37,639 nt of DNA, from positions 1 to 37,639 of the forward strand of contig JAYVNF010000261.1 in assembly GCA_043758575.1 (NCBI GenBank), given 5' to 3'. This DNA comes from Rhodoferax sp. Its GTDB lineage: Bacteria; Pseudomonadota; Gammaproteobacteria; Burkholderiales; Burkholderiaceae_C. The notes below the pieces were generated by a model. The model saw only the letters and a list, made by a program, of their open reading frames with translations. It made no database searches and had not been told where the DNA came from. Numbering within the stretch: position 1 is the stretch's first letter; each line of letters starts with the position of its first letter. The position numbers and the translations under genes are program-made. Positions 1 to 9,117 of this stretch are shown here, piece by piece.

Positions 1-26
1 TCGTCGATTTTTTCCATCATTCCCAT
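1..26 (-). CDS. 5' end of the next che operon gene, probably CheW (partial, runs off the window)
   Basis: Reads MGMMEKID from an ATG 12 nt after the cheA stop, with GAGG upstream. The identity is inferred only from the usual cheA-cheW order. Confidence 0.45.
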
Positions 27-37
27 TGCATGCGCCT

Positions 38-2185
38 CTAGTGCCTGGAGCGGCGCACCAGGGCGCCGGTATCCAGAATCAGTGCCACCTTGCCATCACC
101 CAGAATCGTCGCCCCGGAAACATTGGGTACCTTGCGGTAGTTGGACTCCAGATTCTTGACCACCACCTGCTGTTGGCCCAGAAGCTCGTCCACCAACAGC
201 ACCACGCGGCTGCCATCGGCTTCGACCACGACCATGATGTCGCTGTTTTTCTCGAAATCGAAACGCGGCACTTGGAATACTTTTTCCAGCTCGATCACCG
301 GCATGTACTCATCACGCACCTTGACCAGTTGCGAGCCTTGGCCCACGGTGCTGACCGCATCCGACTTGACCTGGAAGGACTCCACAACAGACGACAGTGG
401 CAGGATGTAGACCTCATCACCCACCCCCACCGACATGCCATCCATGATGGCCAGGGTGAGCGGCAGGCGCACCGCCACCCGCATGCCAAAGCCTTCGGCC
501 GAATCAATCTCAACCGTGCCGTTCAGGGCAGCGATATTGCGTTTGACCACATCCATGCCGACACCGCGGCCCGAGACATCGGTCACCACGTCTGCCGTCG
601 AGAAGCCCGGGGCGAAGATCAGTCCCCAGACGTCGGCATCCGACATCTGGTCCGACACATCCAGGCCACGCTCGCGGGCTTTGGCCAGAATCTTCTCGCG
701 CGACAGGCCTTTGCCATCGTCACGCACCTCGATCACGATGGAGCCCCCCTGGTGCGATGCGGACAGCGTGATGGTGCCGGTTTCGGGCTTGCCAGCGGCC
801 AACCGGTCGGCGGGCATTTCGATACCGTGGTCGCAGCTGTTGCGCACCAGATGGGTCAGCGGATCGGTGATTTTTTCAACCAATCCCTTGTCCAGCTCGG
901 TGGCCTCACCCTGCGTCACGAAATCGACTTTCTTGCCCAACTTGCCGGCCAGGTCGCGCAGCATGCGCGGAAAGCGGCTGAAGACAATGGACATGGGGAT
1001 CATGCGAATCGACATCACCGATTCCTGCAGATCGCGCGTATTGCGGTCCAGATCGGCCAGGCCCGTCAGCAATTGCTGGTACACCGCAGGGTCCAGCGCA
1101 CGGCTGTTTTGCGCCAGCATGGCCTGGGTAATCACCAGCTCGCCCACCAGATTGATGAGCTGGTCCACCTTGCTGATGGCCACCCGTATCGTGGCCGCTT
1201 CTGGCTGTGCGGCAGGGGCCGCAGCAGCCCTGGCCACCGGCTTGGCGCTGGCCTTGACCTCCACCGGCGCATCGGCAACGGCGGCCTCGGGCGCACTGGA
1301 CGGCGCGCCAGGGGCACCGTCGAAAAATCCAAACCCACTGGACGCATCGCTCACTACGGCCGCCGTGGGCGCGCCGGGCGCGCCGTCAAAAAAGCCGTGG
1401 CTGGCATCCTGCACCACGGCGGCAGGCTGCAATGCGGCAAGCGGACGAATGTCAATTTGCTCACGCGACACATGGAAGGTAAACAAGTCCAGCAAATCTT
1501 CGTCCGTGGAGCCTGTCACCACGGAAAACTGGCGAAACTCCTTGCGATCGGAGCTGAGCGACTGAATCGTCCCCAGACCGGGAATGTCGCGGAACAGTTC
1601 GGCAATGGCGTCCGCCTGCGCCGGGTTCGACAAAGGGCCCACCTTGATTTCAAGTTGGCGCTGCCCGGCCTCCAGCGGCGGCGCAGCCGGAGCTGCCGCA
1701 ACAGCCACAACTGCGGGCGCAGGGGCCACCGGCTTTGCCACCGCGGCAGGCGCCAGGGTCTTGCCAGCGGCCAGGTCCGCAATCCGTTTCACCAGATCAC
1801 CCGTGGGTGCAGCCGGGCTGGTGTCACCGGTCTGGTGGCGCGCCAGCAGGCTGCGCGAGGCATCGGCGGACTCCAGCAGCACATCGACCATCTCGGCATT
1901 GGGTTGCAGCTCATGGCGGCGCAAGCGGTCCAGCAAGGACTCCATCTTGTGCGTCAGCTCTGCCACATCCGCAAAGCCGAAGGTGGCAGCCCCGCCCTTG
2001 ACCGAATGTGCGCAACGGAAGATGCCGTTGAGCTCCTCGTCATCGGCGGTTTCCAGGTTCAGGTTGAGCAGCATCGTCTCCATCAGGTCCAGGTTCTCGC
2101 CCGCCTCTTCAAAGAAGATTTGGTAGAACTGGCTCAGATCGATGTCGCCGCCACCGGCGCCACTGTCTTGATGCGTTTCGGACAT
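38..2185 (-). CDS. cheA: Chemotaxis histidine kinase CheA
   Basis: HPt motif IFRCAHSVKGGA, dimerisation segment KVDQLINLVGELVI, HATPase motifs HLVRNSCDHGIE, DDGKG and GRGVGMDVV, and a C-terminal CheW-like P5 domain. Confidence 0.98.
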   Translation of the reverse strand: MSETHQDSGAGGGDIDLSQFYQIFFEEAGENLDLMETMLLNLNLETADDEELNGIFRCAHSVKGGAATFGFADVAELTHKMESLLDRLRRHELQPNAEMVDVLLESADASRSLLARHQTGDTSPAAPTGDLVKRIADLAAGKTLAPAAVAKPVAPAPAVVAVAAAPAAPPLEAGQRQLEIKVGPLSNPAQADAIAELFRDIPGLGTIQSLSSDRKEFRQFSVVTGSTDEDLLDLFTFHVSREQIDIRPLAALQPAAVVQDASHGFFDGAPGAPTAAVVSDASSGFGFFDGAPGAPSSAPEAAVADAPVEVKASAKPVARAAAAPAAQPEAATIRVAISKVDQLINLVGELVITQAMLAQNSRALDPAVYQQLLTGLADLDRNTRDLQESVMSIRMIPMSIVFSRFPRMLRDLAGKLGKKVDFVTQGEATELDKGLVEKITDPLTHLVRNSCDHGIEMPADRLAAGKPETGTITLSASHQGGSIVIEVRDDGKGLSREKILAKARERGLDVSDQMSDADVWGLIFAPGFSTADVVTDVSGRGVGMDVVKRNIAALNGTVEIDSAEGFGMRVAVRLPLTLAIMDGMSVGVGDEVYILPLSSVVESFQVKSDAVSTVGQGSQLVKVRDEYMPVIELEKVFQVPRFDFEKNSDIMVVVEADGSRVVLLVDELLGQQQVVVKNLESNYRKVPNVSGATILGDGKVALILDTGALVRRSRH

Positions 2186-2228
2186 GGGTTACTCCTGCGA
2201 ATTGCTTTTTTGTGATCGCCTCCGCTGT

Positions 2229-2591
2229 TTAGCGGATGACCTTTTTGATGACATCCAGCAACTTGGCCGGATCAAAGGGCTTTACCAACCAGCCGGTGGC
2301 CCCGGCCGCACGTCCGGCCTGCTTCATCAGGTCACTGGACTCGGTGGTCAGCATCAGAATCGGGGTGGTCTTGAATTTGGGATGGTCGCGCAGCTTGCGC
2401 GTCAGGCCTAGGCCGTCCATGCGCGGCATGTTTTGGTCGGTCAGCACCAGGTCAAAGGACTGGGTCTGCGCTTTTTCATACGCATCCTGTCCATCCACGG
2501 CCTCCACGACCTGGTAACCCGCTCCGGTGAGCGTAAAAGACACCATCTTCCGCATGGAAGGTGAGTCATCAACAGCGAGAATTACAGGCAT
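2229..2591 (-). CDS. cheY: CheY-family single-domain response regulator
   Basis: 120 aa with receiver motifs AVDDS, LTDQNMP, LTTES and WLVKPF; directly upstream of cheA. Confidence 0.93.
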   Translation of the reverse strand: MPVILAVDDSPSMRKMVSFTLTGAGYQVVEAVDGQDAYEKAQTQSFDLVLTDQNMPRMDGLGLTRKLRDHPKFKTTPILMLTTESSDLMKQAGRAAGATGWLVKPFDPAKLLDVIKKVIR

Positions 2592-2625
2592 TCAATGCTC
2601 CAGCTAATCATTTGTGGCTTTCGGA

Positions 2626-3069
2626 TCAGAAAAGTTCGATGGAACCTGCATCCATCTCGTCCTGGGTGACCGGATTCGGTCGCTCAGGTACCTCTTCAAC
2701 AAAGGGGACAGCCTCACCGTCCTCGGAACCCATGGACTCTGAGGCCAGGCGGTAGGCACAGCCCTGCAAAATTTTGGACGTATGGGAAATCAGTTGCGAA
2801 GCCATGTCCTGGAACTGCAACTCGGTAACAGCGGCACGCAAGGTGCTGCGTACGATGTCCAGCTCCTTGGAGGACATCAGTTCGGGGTTGGCAAGATTGG
2901 CACTGGCGGCGGTAAAGCGCTCCATCAGGTTTTCCATGGTGTGCGCCAGCAGGCCGTCCAGCCGATTGAGGTCATGCACAACCACCAACAAAGAGTCCTG
3001 CACCTCTGCAACCAGCATCAGGGGCATTTGCACAGAAGGTGCACTCGGTGTTGTGAGAGATGCTTGCAT
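2626..3069 (-). CDS. Small chemotaxis-associated protein, CheZ-like or receptor C-terminal-like
   Basis: First gene of the che operon. Helical, with LQFQDMASQ (DxxxQ) and an acidic tail VTQDEMDAGSIELF. Confidence 0.7.
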   Translation of the reverse strand: MQASLTTPSAPSVQMPLMLVAEVQDSLLVVVHDLNRLDGLLAHTMENLMERFTAASANLANPELMSSKELDIVRSTLRAAVTELQFQDMASQLISHTSKILQGCAYRLASESMGSEDGEAVPFVEEVPERPNPVTQDEMDAGSIELF

Positions 3070-3249
3070 CGTCAGGAATCCTCAAAGCGACGCAGTACAG
3101 GAAAGTACTTCATTTTGTTACCGCCCCTATTCTTCTGAGTCGAGGTTAGCAGGAATCTCAGGCATTGTGACCATTTTGGACAGGCTCTTCGCATTTCGCA
3201 AGCAAAAGAACTTGCCGCTGGCCCAAGCGCAAACCGATAATCAGCGCCA

Positions 3250-4389
3250 ATGTCAACGGCCGCCATCGCACCCCCACTTCCACACCCGCACCCACCGCCG
3301 CACCTGCACATATTGCATCTGGAAGACTCCGAGCTGGACCACCAACTGGTATGTCGGGCGCTGGTCAAGGACGCGCTGGCCTTTCAGATCACGCGCGTGG
3401 ACGCACTGGACGACTTCTCGCAACAACTGGCGCAGCAGCGCTTCGACATCATTCTGGCCGACTACCGCCTGCCCGGCTTCACCGCGCTGGATGCCTGGCG
3501 CCTGCTGCAGGCCAGCCCGGCCAGGTTGCCGTTCATCCTGCTCTCGGGCGCCATTGGCGAGTCGGCCGCGGTGGCCGCCATCCAGATCGGCATCAGCGAC
3601 TACCTGCCCAAGGACGAGCTGCACAAGCTGGCCCGTGTCATCAACCGCACACTGGAAGTGTTTAAGGCCAAGGCGGCCGAGGCCCGGGCGGTTGCCGAAC
3701 TGGCCGCCTCCGAGCAGCGCCTGGCGCACTTTGCCCAGCAGTTGCAGACCGCCATCGAAAACGAACGCGCCGCGATTGCCCGCGAAATCCACGACGACAT
3801 AGGCGGCTCGCTGGCTGCGGTGCGGCTGGACCTGGCCTGGATCGCCCGCCACAGCCAGACCGTCGCCATGCAAGAGCACGTGAACACTGCCAACGACATG
3901 CTGCAACACGCCATCGGTGCCAGCCAGCGCATCATGATAAATTTGCGCCCGGCCATTCTGGACCAGGGCCTGTATCCCGCCATCCAGTGGCTGGCCGAAA
4001 GCTTCCAGCGTCGCAGCGGCGTGAAGACCTCCCTGGTGTGCAACCAGCCCGGCATGCAGTCCAGCAAACCGATTCAGCTCACGACCTACCGCACCGCCCA
4101 GGAGGCCCTCACCAATATCTCCAAATATGCCCAGTGCAGCCAGGTCAAGATCGAGCTGTCAGACGCCGAAGGCGTGCTGACCCTGGAGATTTCGGACAAC
4201 GGTGGCGGCATCTCGGAGGCAGCGCTGAACAACCCGGTGGCCTTTGGCATACGCGGGCTCAAAGAGCGGGCCCGCGTGGCCGGCGGCTGGCTGGACATCA
4301 GCACCCGCCCCGGGCATGGCACCACCGTGATACTCACCATTCCCCTGGACGGGAACAGCAGCACACCTACCGAGGCCGATTTCCAGTGA
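3250..4389 (+). CDS. Cytoplasmic REC + HisKA_3 + HATPase histidine kinase
   Basis: N-terminal receiver (LEDS, ADYRLP, LSG, LPK), H-box ERAAIAREIHDDIGG, N-box QEALTNISKYA, and DNGGG and FGIRGLKERA motifs. No transmembrane segment is evident. Confidence 0.93.
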   Translation: MSTAAIAPPLPHPHPPPHLHILHLEDSELDHQLVCRALVKDALAFQITRVDALDDFSQQLAQQRFDIILADYRLPGFTALDAWRLLQASPARLPFILLSGAIGESAAVAAIQIGISDYLPKDELHKLARVINRTLEVFKAKAAEARAVAELAASEQRLAHFAQQLQTAIENERAAIAREIHDDIGGSLAAVRLDLAWIARHSQTVAMQEHVNTANDMLQHAIGASQRIMINLRPAILDQGLYPAIQWLAESFQRRSGVKTSLVCNQPGMQSSKPIQLTTYRTAQEALTNISKYAQCSQVKIELSDAEGVLTLEISDNGGGISEAALNNPVAFGIRGLKERARVAGGWLDISTRPGHGTTVILTIPLDGNSSTPTEADFQ

Positions 4390-5015
4390 TCAAAGTTGTT
4401 TTATGCGATGACCATGCCATGGTGCGCCGTGGCATACGCGACACCCTCAGCGAAGCCGTGGACATCCAGGTCTGTGGTGAGGCCGGCAGCTACTCGGAAG
4501 TGCGCGAAGTGCTGCGCACGGCGAGCTGCGATGTGCTGATCCTGGACCTGAACCTGCCCGGGCGCGGTGGCCTGGAGGTGCTGGCCAGCCTGCGCGAAGC
4601 CGGCTCGGCGGTGCGGGTGCTGATTGTCTCCATGTTTGCCGAAGACCAGTACGCCATCCGCTGCCTGCGCGCCGGCGCCCATGGCTATCTGAACAAGGCG
4701 GGCGACCCGGCCGAGCTGATCGCCGCCGTGCGCACGATTGCCCAGGGCCGCAAGTACGTGAGTGCGGCGGTTTCGGAAATGCTGGTCAACAACCTGTCGG
4801 AACCTACTTCCGAGTCGCTGCACTCGACCCTGTCCGAGCGCGAGTTGCAGACCCTGCTGAAGATTGCCTCGGGGCGCAAGCTCTCTGAAATTGCCGAAGA
4901 GCTGATGCTCAGCCCCAAGACGGTGAGCGTGTACCGGGCCCGGTTGCTGGAAAAACTCAAGCTGGGCAACAACGCTGAATTGACGGTCTACGCCATTCGC
5001 AACGAGTTGGTGTAG
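4386..5015 (+). CDS. NarL/UvrY-family LuxR-type DNA-binding response regulator
   Basis: GTG start overlaps the kinase stop (GTGA). Receiver motifs CDDH and LDLNLP, and HTH LSERELQTL...LSPKTVSVYRARLLEKL. Confidence 0.94.
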   Translation: MIKVVLCDDHAMVRRGIRDTLSEAVDIQVCGEAGSYSEVREVLRTASCDVLILDLNLPGRGGLEVLASLREAGSAVRVLIVSMFAEDQYAIRCLRAGAHGYLNKAGDPAELIAAVRTIAQGRKYVSAAVSEMLVNNLSEPTSESLHSTLSERELQTLLKIASGRKLSEIAEELMLSPKTVSVYRARLLEKLKLGNNAELTVYAIRNELV

Positions 5016-5021
5016 ACGCCA

Positions 5022-5420
5022 CCTGCGGGTGATTTCGCCTATGCTTTTGTCCTGCCTGCGGGTGGGAGCGCCTTCGCTTTTGTCATGCCTGCGTGTGGGT
5101 GCGCAGACGGGGTAAGGGTGGGCAACGATTTGTGGTAACCACTATGAGGCGCCCACCCTTACCCCGTCTGCTCACTGAAACGATGTTTCTCTTGCCGAAA
5201 AATACCGCATACCAAATAGCAACCGGCGTGCGAGTGGATTGAGGCATTGTGGCATTGGGCATGGGAGCGCAATGTATTGAAACGTTGGTTCGCCCAGGGT
5301 CGCGCGGGAAGGGGATATGCCGGGCGACGATTTGCGGTAGCCGCCATGAGGAGCCCGGCATATCCCCTTTCCGCGCAGCGAGAGCAACAGTCTCACCAAG
5401 CAGCGAAAAAGTCTCACCGC
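5022..5420. repeat. Composite intergenic repeat, copy 1 (33-bp tandem units, two long hairpins, 25-bp tandem units)
   Basis: 5274-5380 matches 17128-17234 with 5 mismatches in 107 bp. Hairpins at 5103-5171 and 5302-5376. Lies between convergent genes. Confidence 0.88.
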
Positions 5421-5483
5421 ACAGAGCGAGAGAGTGAGTGTGTGCGTATCTGCGAAACGGGAGACCCCGACCCCGCCCGCCAA

Positions 5484-6245
5484 TCAACCAAAAATCTCGA
5501 TGACACGCCCCATCAGCGCAATAAACGGCTGGTCCAACATGGGCAGCGTGAAGGCGATGCCCACCAGACCGACCAGCAAGGTGATCGGAAAGCCAATGGC
5601 AAAAATATTGAGCTGCGGCGCCACCCTGGACATGATGCCCAGCGCCAGATTGGTGAACATCAGCAGGCCCACCATGGGAAGGGCAATCCACAAGGCACTG
5701 GCAAACAAGTCGGTGCCCAGGGTGTAGAGCTTCATCTGCGACAAAGCCTGCAAAAAGTTCTGGTCGATGGGAAAGGCCTGGAAGCTGCGGTTCACCGCCA
5801 TCAGCACCATCAGGTGGCCATTCATCACCACGAACAGAAGCGAGGTCATTTGCGAGAAAAAAATCGCCACCGCGCTGGACTGGGTGCTCATGGCCGGATC
5901 AAAAAAGGACGCGAAATTCAGGCCCATCTGAAAGCTCACCACCTCCCCGGCCAGCTCCACGGCAGCAAACACCAGGCGCACGGCAAAGCCAATCGACAAG
6001 CCCACACCCAGCTGCTGCATGAGCACACCCAGCGCCCGCGGATCGTTGAAGCCGATGATGTCGGCCTGCGGCAAACTGGCTTGGGATGCCAGGGCCACCA
6101 GAAAGGCCAGGGCGACGCGGGCGCGTACCGGGAACATCTTGGAAGAAAACACCGGCGCCGAGGTGAACAGCGCCAGCACACGGACAAAGGGCCAGAAAAT
6201 CGGCGAGATCCAGGCCGCCAGTTGGGCATCCGAGAGGCTGATCAC
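5484..6245 (-). CDS. fliR: Flagellar export apparatus protein FliR
   Basis: Hydrophobic 253 aa with FWPFVRVLALF, AGEVVSFQMGL and RVAPQLNIFAIGFP. Confidence 0.96.
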   Translation of the reverse strand: MISLSDAQLAAWISPIFWPFVRVLALFTSAPVFSSKMFPVRARVALAFLVALASQASLPQADIIGFNDPRALGVLMQQLGVGLSIGFAVRLVFAAVELAGEVVSFQMGLNFASFFDPAMSTQSSAVAIFFSQMTSLLFVVMNGHLMVLMAVNRSFQAFPIDQNFLQALSQMKLYTLGTDLFASALWIALPMVGLLMFTNLALGIMSRVAPQLNIFAIGFPITLLVGLVGIAFTLPMLDQPFIALMGRVIEIFG

Positions 6246-6264
6246 GCCGGCAACCTTGGCGAGG

Positions 6265-6534
6265 CTAGGCCACCACGCCCGGAATCGCTTCCAGCGTGCG
6301 GCGTATGTACTCCACCAGCATGTTCAGCATCCAGGGCCCGGCAATGGCGAGCACGGCAATCACCGCAATCAGCTTGGGCACAAAGGCCAATGTGGCCTCA
6401 TGGATCTGGGTCACCGCCTGGAACAGGCTGACCAGCAGACCCACCACCAGTGCCGCGCCCAGCACCGGCGCTGACACCATCAGCAGCATCAGCAGGGCCT
6501 CCTGGCCCATGGTCAACACCATTTGCGAGTTCAT
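6265..6534 (-). CDS. fliQ: Flagellar export apparatus protein FliQ
   Basis: 89 aa with FQAVTQIHEATLAFVPK. Confidence 0.97.
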   Translation of the reverse strand: MNSQMVLTMGQEALLMLLMVSAPVLGAALVVGLLVSLFQAVTQIHEATLAFVPKLIAVIAVLAIAGPWMLNMLVEYIRRTLEAIPGVVA

Positions 6535-6547
6535 GCGCGGCCCTGCC

Positions 6548-7345
6548 TTAGGTCACAAAACTGGCCGCCAGCGAACCCACCAACAGGTTCCAGCCATCGG
6601 CCAGCACAAACAGCATGAGCTTGAAGGGCAAGGCCACCAGCACCGGCGACAGCATCATCATGCCCAGGGACATCAGCACGCTGGCCACCACCATGTCGAT
6701 CACCAGAAACGGGATAAAGATCATGAAACCGATCTGAAACGCCGATTTGAGCTCGCTGATCACAAAGGCCGGCACCAGCACACGCATGGGCGCCACATCG
6801 ACCTGGGTGTCGATCGGCAACTTAGCCAGCTTCACAAACAGGGCAAAGTCGGACTGGCGGGTCTGCTTGGACATGAAGCTGCGCACCGGCGCCTCGCCCT
6901 TGGCCAGCGCCTGCTCAAAGGAGATGCTGTTGTTGGTATAGGGCAGATAGGCCTCGGCATAGACCTTGTCCAGCGTCGGCCCCATGACAAAAAAAGTCAG
7001 GAACAGGGACAGGCCCACAATGATCTGGTTCGGCGGTGCCGACTGCGTGCCCATGGCCTGGCGCAACAGCGAGAGCACGATGACGATGCGGGTAAAGCCC
7101 GTCATCATCAGCAGCACGGCCGGCAGGAAGGACAGCGCGGTAAAAAACAGCAGCGTCTGGATCGGCACCGAATAGCTGGTGCCACCCTGGCTGCTGCCAA
7201 TGATCAAAGGCAGCTGGCCCGCGGTCTGGGCCTGCGCCAGACCGGTGAAGGCCAACGCTGCGGCGAACAGCGCCAGCTTGCGGCCAAGGACAGGGAATTG
7301 CGTGCGCGTCACTGCCGTTCTACCGTGCTTGGGAACCATCGACAT
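6548..7345 (-). CDS. fliP: Flagellar export apparatus protein FliP (exact start uncertain)
   Basis: Motifs [36 protein letters not shown] and [14 protein letters not shown], after a signal-peptide-like N-terminus. Confidence 0.96.
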   Translation of the reverse strand: MSMVPKHGRTAVTRTQFPVLGRKLALFAAALAFTGLAQAQTAGQLPLIIGSSQGGTSYSVPIQTLLFFTALSFLPAVLLMMTGFTRIVIVLSLLRQAMGTQSAPPNQIIVGLSLFLTFFVMGPTLDKVYAEAYLPYTNNSISFEQALAKGEAPVRSFMSKQTRQSDFALFVKLAKLPIDTQVDVAPMRVLVPAFVISELKSAFQIGFMIFIPFLVIDMVVASVLMSLGMMMLSPVLVALPFKLMLFVLADGWNLLVGSLAASFVT

Positions 7346-7634
7346 CCAGTACCGGCGATGCGCTGGCCGCTGCAGTCTCGGCTGCTGTGGTGTGCAAGCA
7401 CTGGATCGCCTGCGCGGTCACGCCCAGCACCAGCCAGACCCGGGCCTGGGGCGGCCCCACCTCCACGGTGACCACCTTCTGGTTCGGCCCCAGGGAGAGC
7501 GCCGAAACCAGGCGGGTCGGGCCATCCGTGCCGGGCAGCTTCAGGCCGTAGCGCTTCTTGAGGTGCTCAATCAGGAACGGCAGACTCACCAACACGCACA
7601 GGAAAAGGCCAATCAGAATCAGGGACTGCGTCAT
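7320..7634 (-). CDS. fliO: Flagellar biosynthetic protein FliO
   Basis: N-terminal TM helix followed by [15 protein letters not shown]...LVLGVT; sits between fliN and fliP. Confidence 0.85.
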   Translation of the reverse strand: MTQSLILIGLFLCVLVSLPFLIEHLKKRYGLKLPGTDGPTRLVSALSLGPNQKVVTVEVGPPQARVWLVLGVTAQAIQCLHTTAAETAAASASPVLDVDGSQAR

Positions 7635-7659
7635 TCCAAACTATGCCCAAACTGCGAAA

Positions 7660-8100
7660 TCAATTCTTGCTGACGCGGCGCAGGCGCTCGGAAGGCGTCA
7701 CCACATCGGTCAGGCGGATGCCGAACTTGTCGTTCACCACCACCACCTCGCCCTGGGCGATCAGGTAGCCATTCACCAACACATCCATGGGCTCACCGGC
7801 CAGCGCGTCCAGCTCCACCACCGAACCCTGGCCGAGTTGCAGGATGTGCTTGATAGGCACCTTGGTCCGGCCCAGCTCCACCGAGAGCTGCACCGGAATG
7901 TCCAGCACCATGTTGATGTCCTGCATCGGTCCATCCGTATTGCTGCCAGAGGAGAACGGACGTGGCGCATCGCCGTTGAGCACCGAGCCGTTGGGCGCGT
8001 CGCCCGCACCGTCGCTGGACTTCTGTTCCATCAGGGCCTCGGCCCAGTCGGCCATGCCGTCGTCGGCCGATGCGTCGCCGGGAGTTTCTTCAGTGGCCAT
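7660..8100 (-). CDS. fliN: Motor switch protein FliN
   Basis: SPOA domain DIPVQLSVELGRT...LIAQGEVVVVNDKFGIRLT, with N-terminal DWAEAL. Confidence 0.98.
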   Translation of the reverse strand: MATEETPGDASADDGMADWAEALMEQKSSDGAGDAPNGSVLNGDAPRPFSSGSNTDGPMQDINMVLDIPVQLSVELGRTKVPIKHILQLGQGSVVELDALAGEPMDVLVNGYLIAQGEVVVVNDKFGIRLTDVVTPSERLRRVSKN

Positions 8101-9094
8101 GTCTATCCCCTAACCAGTTATGGTCGTTACCGCGTAAAGCCTTCTCTATGCGAATTGCATATTTGGCGTTGTGGGTGCCGTAGTTGCACTCGAAGATTGG
8201 AACACCATCTATGGTCGCCTGGATACGCGATTCGCGCTCCAGCTCAATAAAGTCACCCTTCTTCAAGGACAGCAGCCGCTCCACCGTGGCGTCCGCCGTG
8301 GCCAGGCGGGCCACCAGCGTCACTTCGGCGGCCTGGATTTCGCGCGTCAGCACATTCACCCAGCGCTTGTCCACCTCGACCGAGTCGCCCTGGGTGCTGG
8401 AGTACAGCACATCGCGAATCGGCTCCAGCGTGGAGTAGGGAAAACAAAAGTGAATCGAGCCGGCAATGTCGCCAATTTCCAGCTGGAACGAGGTGGAGAT
8501 GACGATCTCGCTGGGCGTGGCAATGGTCACGAACTGGGGCTGCATTTCCGAGCGCTGGTATTCCAGCTCCAGCGGGTAAATGCCTTTCCAGGCCTTTTTG
8601 TATTCCTCGGCGATCACATCCACCAGGCGGTTGATGACGCGCTGCTCGGTGGCCGAAAAGTCACGCCCCTCGATACGGGTCTGGAATTTGCCAATACCGC
8701 CAAACAAGGTGTCAATCACGCCAAACACCAGACTGGGCTCGCACACAATCATGCCGCTGCCGCGCAAAGGGCGAATCGCCACGATGTTGAAGTTGGTGGG
8801 CACTGCCAGCTCGCGCAAAAACGCGCTGTAGCGCTGCACCGACACCGGTCCTACCGAAATTTCGGGGCTGCGGCGTATGAAATTGAACAGGCCCTGGCGT
8901 AGATTGCGGGCAAAGCGCTCGTTGACAATCTCCATGGTGGGCATGCGCCCACGCACGATGCGCTCCTGGCTGGAGATGTTGTAGTTGCGGACCTCGCCAT
9001 GCTCGGCATCTTCTTCGACCGATTTCTGGCTCTCACCCGTGACGCCTTCGAGCAGGGCATCGACTTCTTCCTGGGAGAGAAAAGACTCGCTCAT
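8090..9094 (-). CDS. fliM: Motor switch protein FliM
   Basis: CheY-binding peptide LSQEEVDALL, RGRMPTMEIVNERFAR and EGRDFSATE. Confidence 0.98.
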   Translation of the reverse strand: MSESFLSQEEVDALLEGVTGESQKSVEEDAEHGEVRNYNISSQERIVRGRMPTMEIVNERFARNLRQGLFNFIRRSPEISVGPVSVQRYSAFLRELAVPTNFNIVAIRPLRGSGMIVCEPSLVFGVIDTLFGGIGKFQTRIEGRDFSATEQRVINRLVDVIAEEYKKAWKGIYPLELEYQRSEMQPQFVTIATPSEIVISTSFQLEIGDIAGSIHFCFPYSTLEPIRDVLYSSTQGDSVEVDKRWVNVLTREIQAAEVTLVARLATADATVERLLSLKKGDFIELERESRIQATIDGVPIFECNYGTHNAKYAIRIEKALRGNDHNWLGDRHGH

Positions 9095-9117
9095 GGTGTG
9101 GCTTTCCTTGGCACGGC

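Noticed and set aside
26-2215. 729-aa plus-strand ORF and similar long antisense ORFs (11836-13245, 12929-14617, 22914-25205, 33763-36408)
   Set aside because: Shadow frames of real high-GC genes on the opposite strand, with no recognisable motifs.
3233-3240. ACCGATAA as a sigma-28 -10 box for the kinase gene
   Set aside because: No TAAA-like -35 at the correct spacing, and only 9 nt from the ATG.
5124-5185. Possible hammerhead ribozyme or c-di-GMP riboswitch in the hairpin loop
   Set aside because: No CUGANGA/GAAA core in the correct three-stem arrangement, no riboswitch consensus, and the position is 3' of convergent genes, not in a leader.
5022-5420. Possible CRISPR array
   Set aside because: Units are contiguous and degenerate, with no identical repeats separated by unique spacers and no cas genes in the window.
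5083-5691. Short ORFs across the repeat elements (5083-5691, 5159-5347, 5172-5483, 5249-5437, 17026-17241, 17148-17387) sharing peptides such as APHGGYRKSSPGIS
   Set aside because: The peptide similarity comes from the DNA repeat itself. Starts and lengths differ between copies, and the conservation follows base-pairing.
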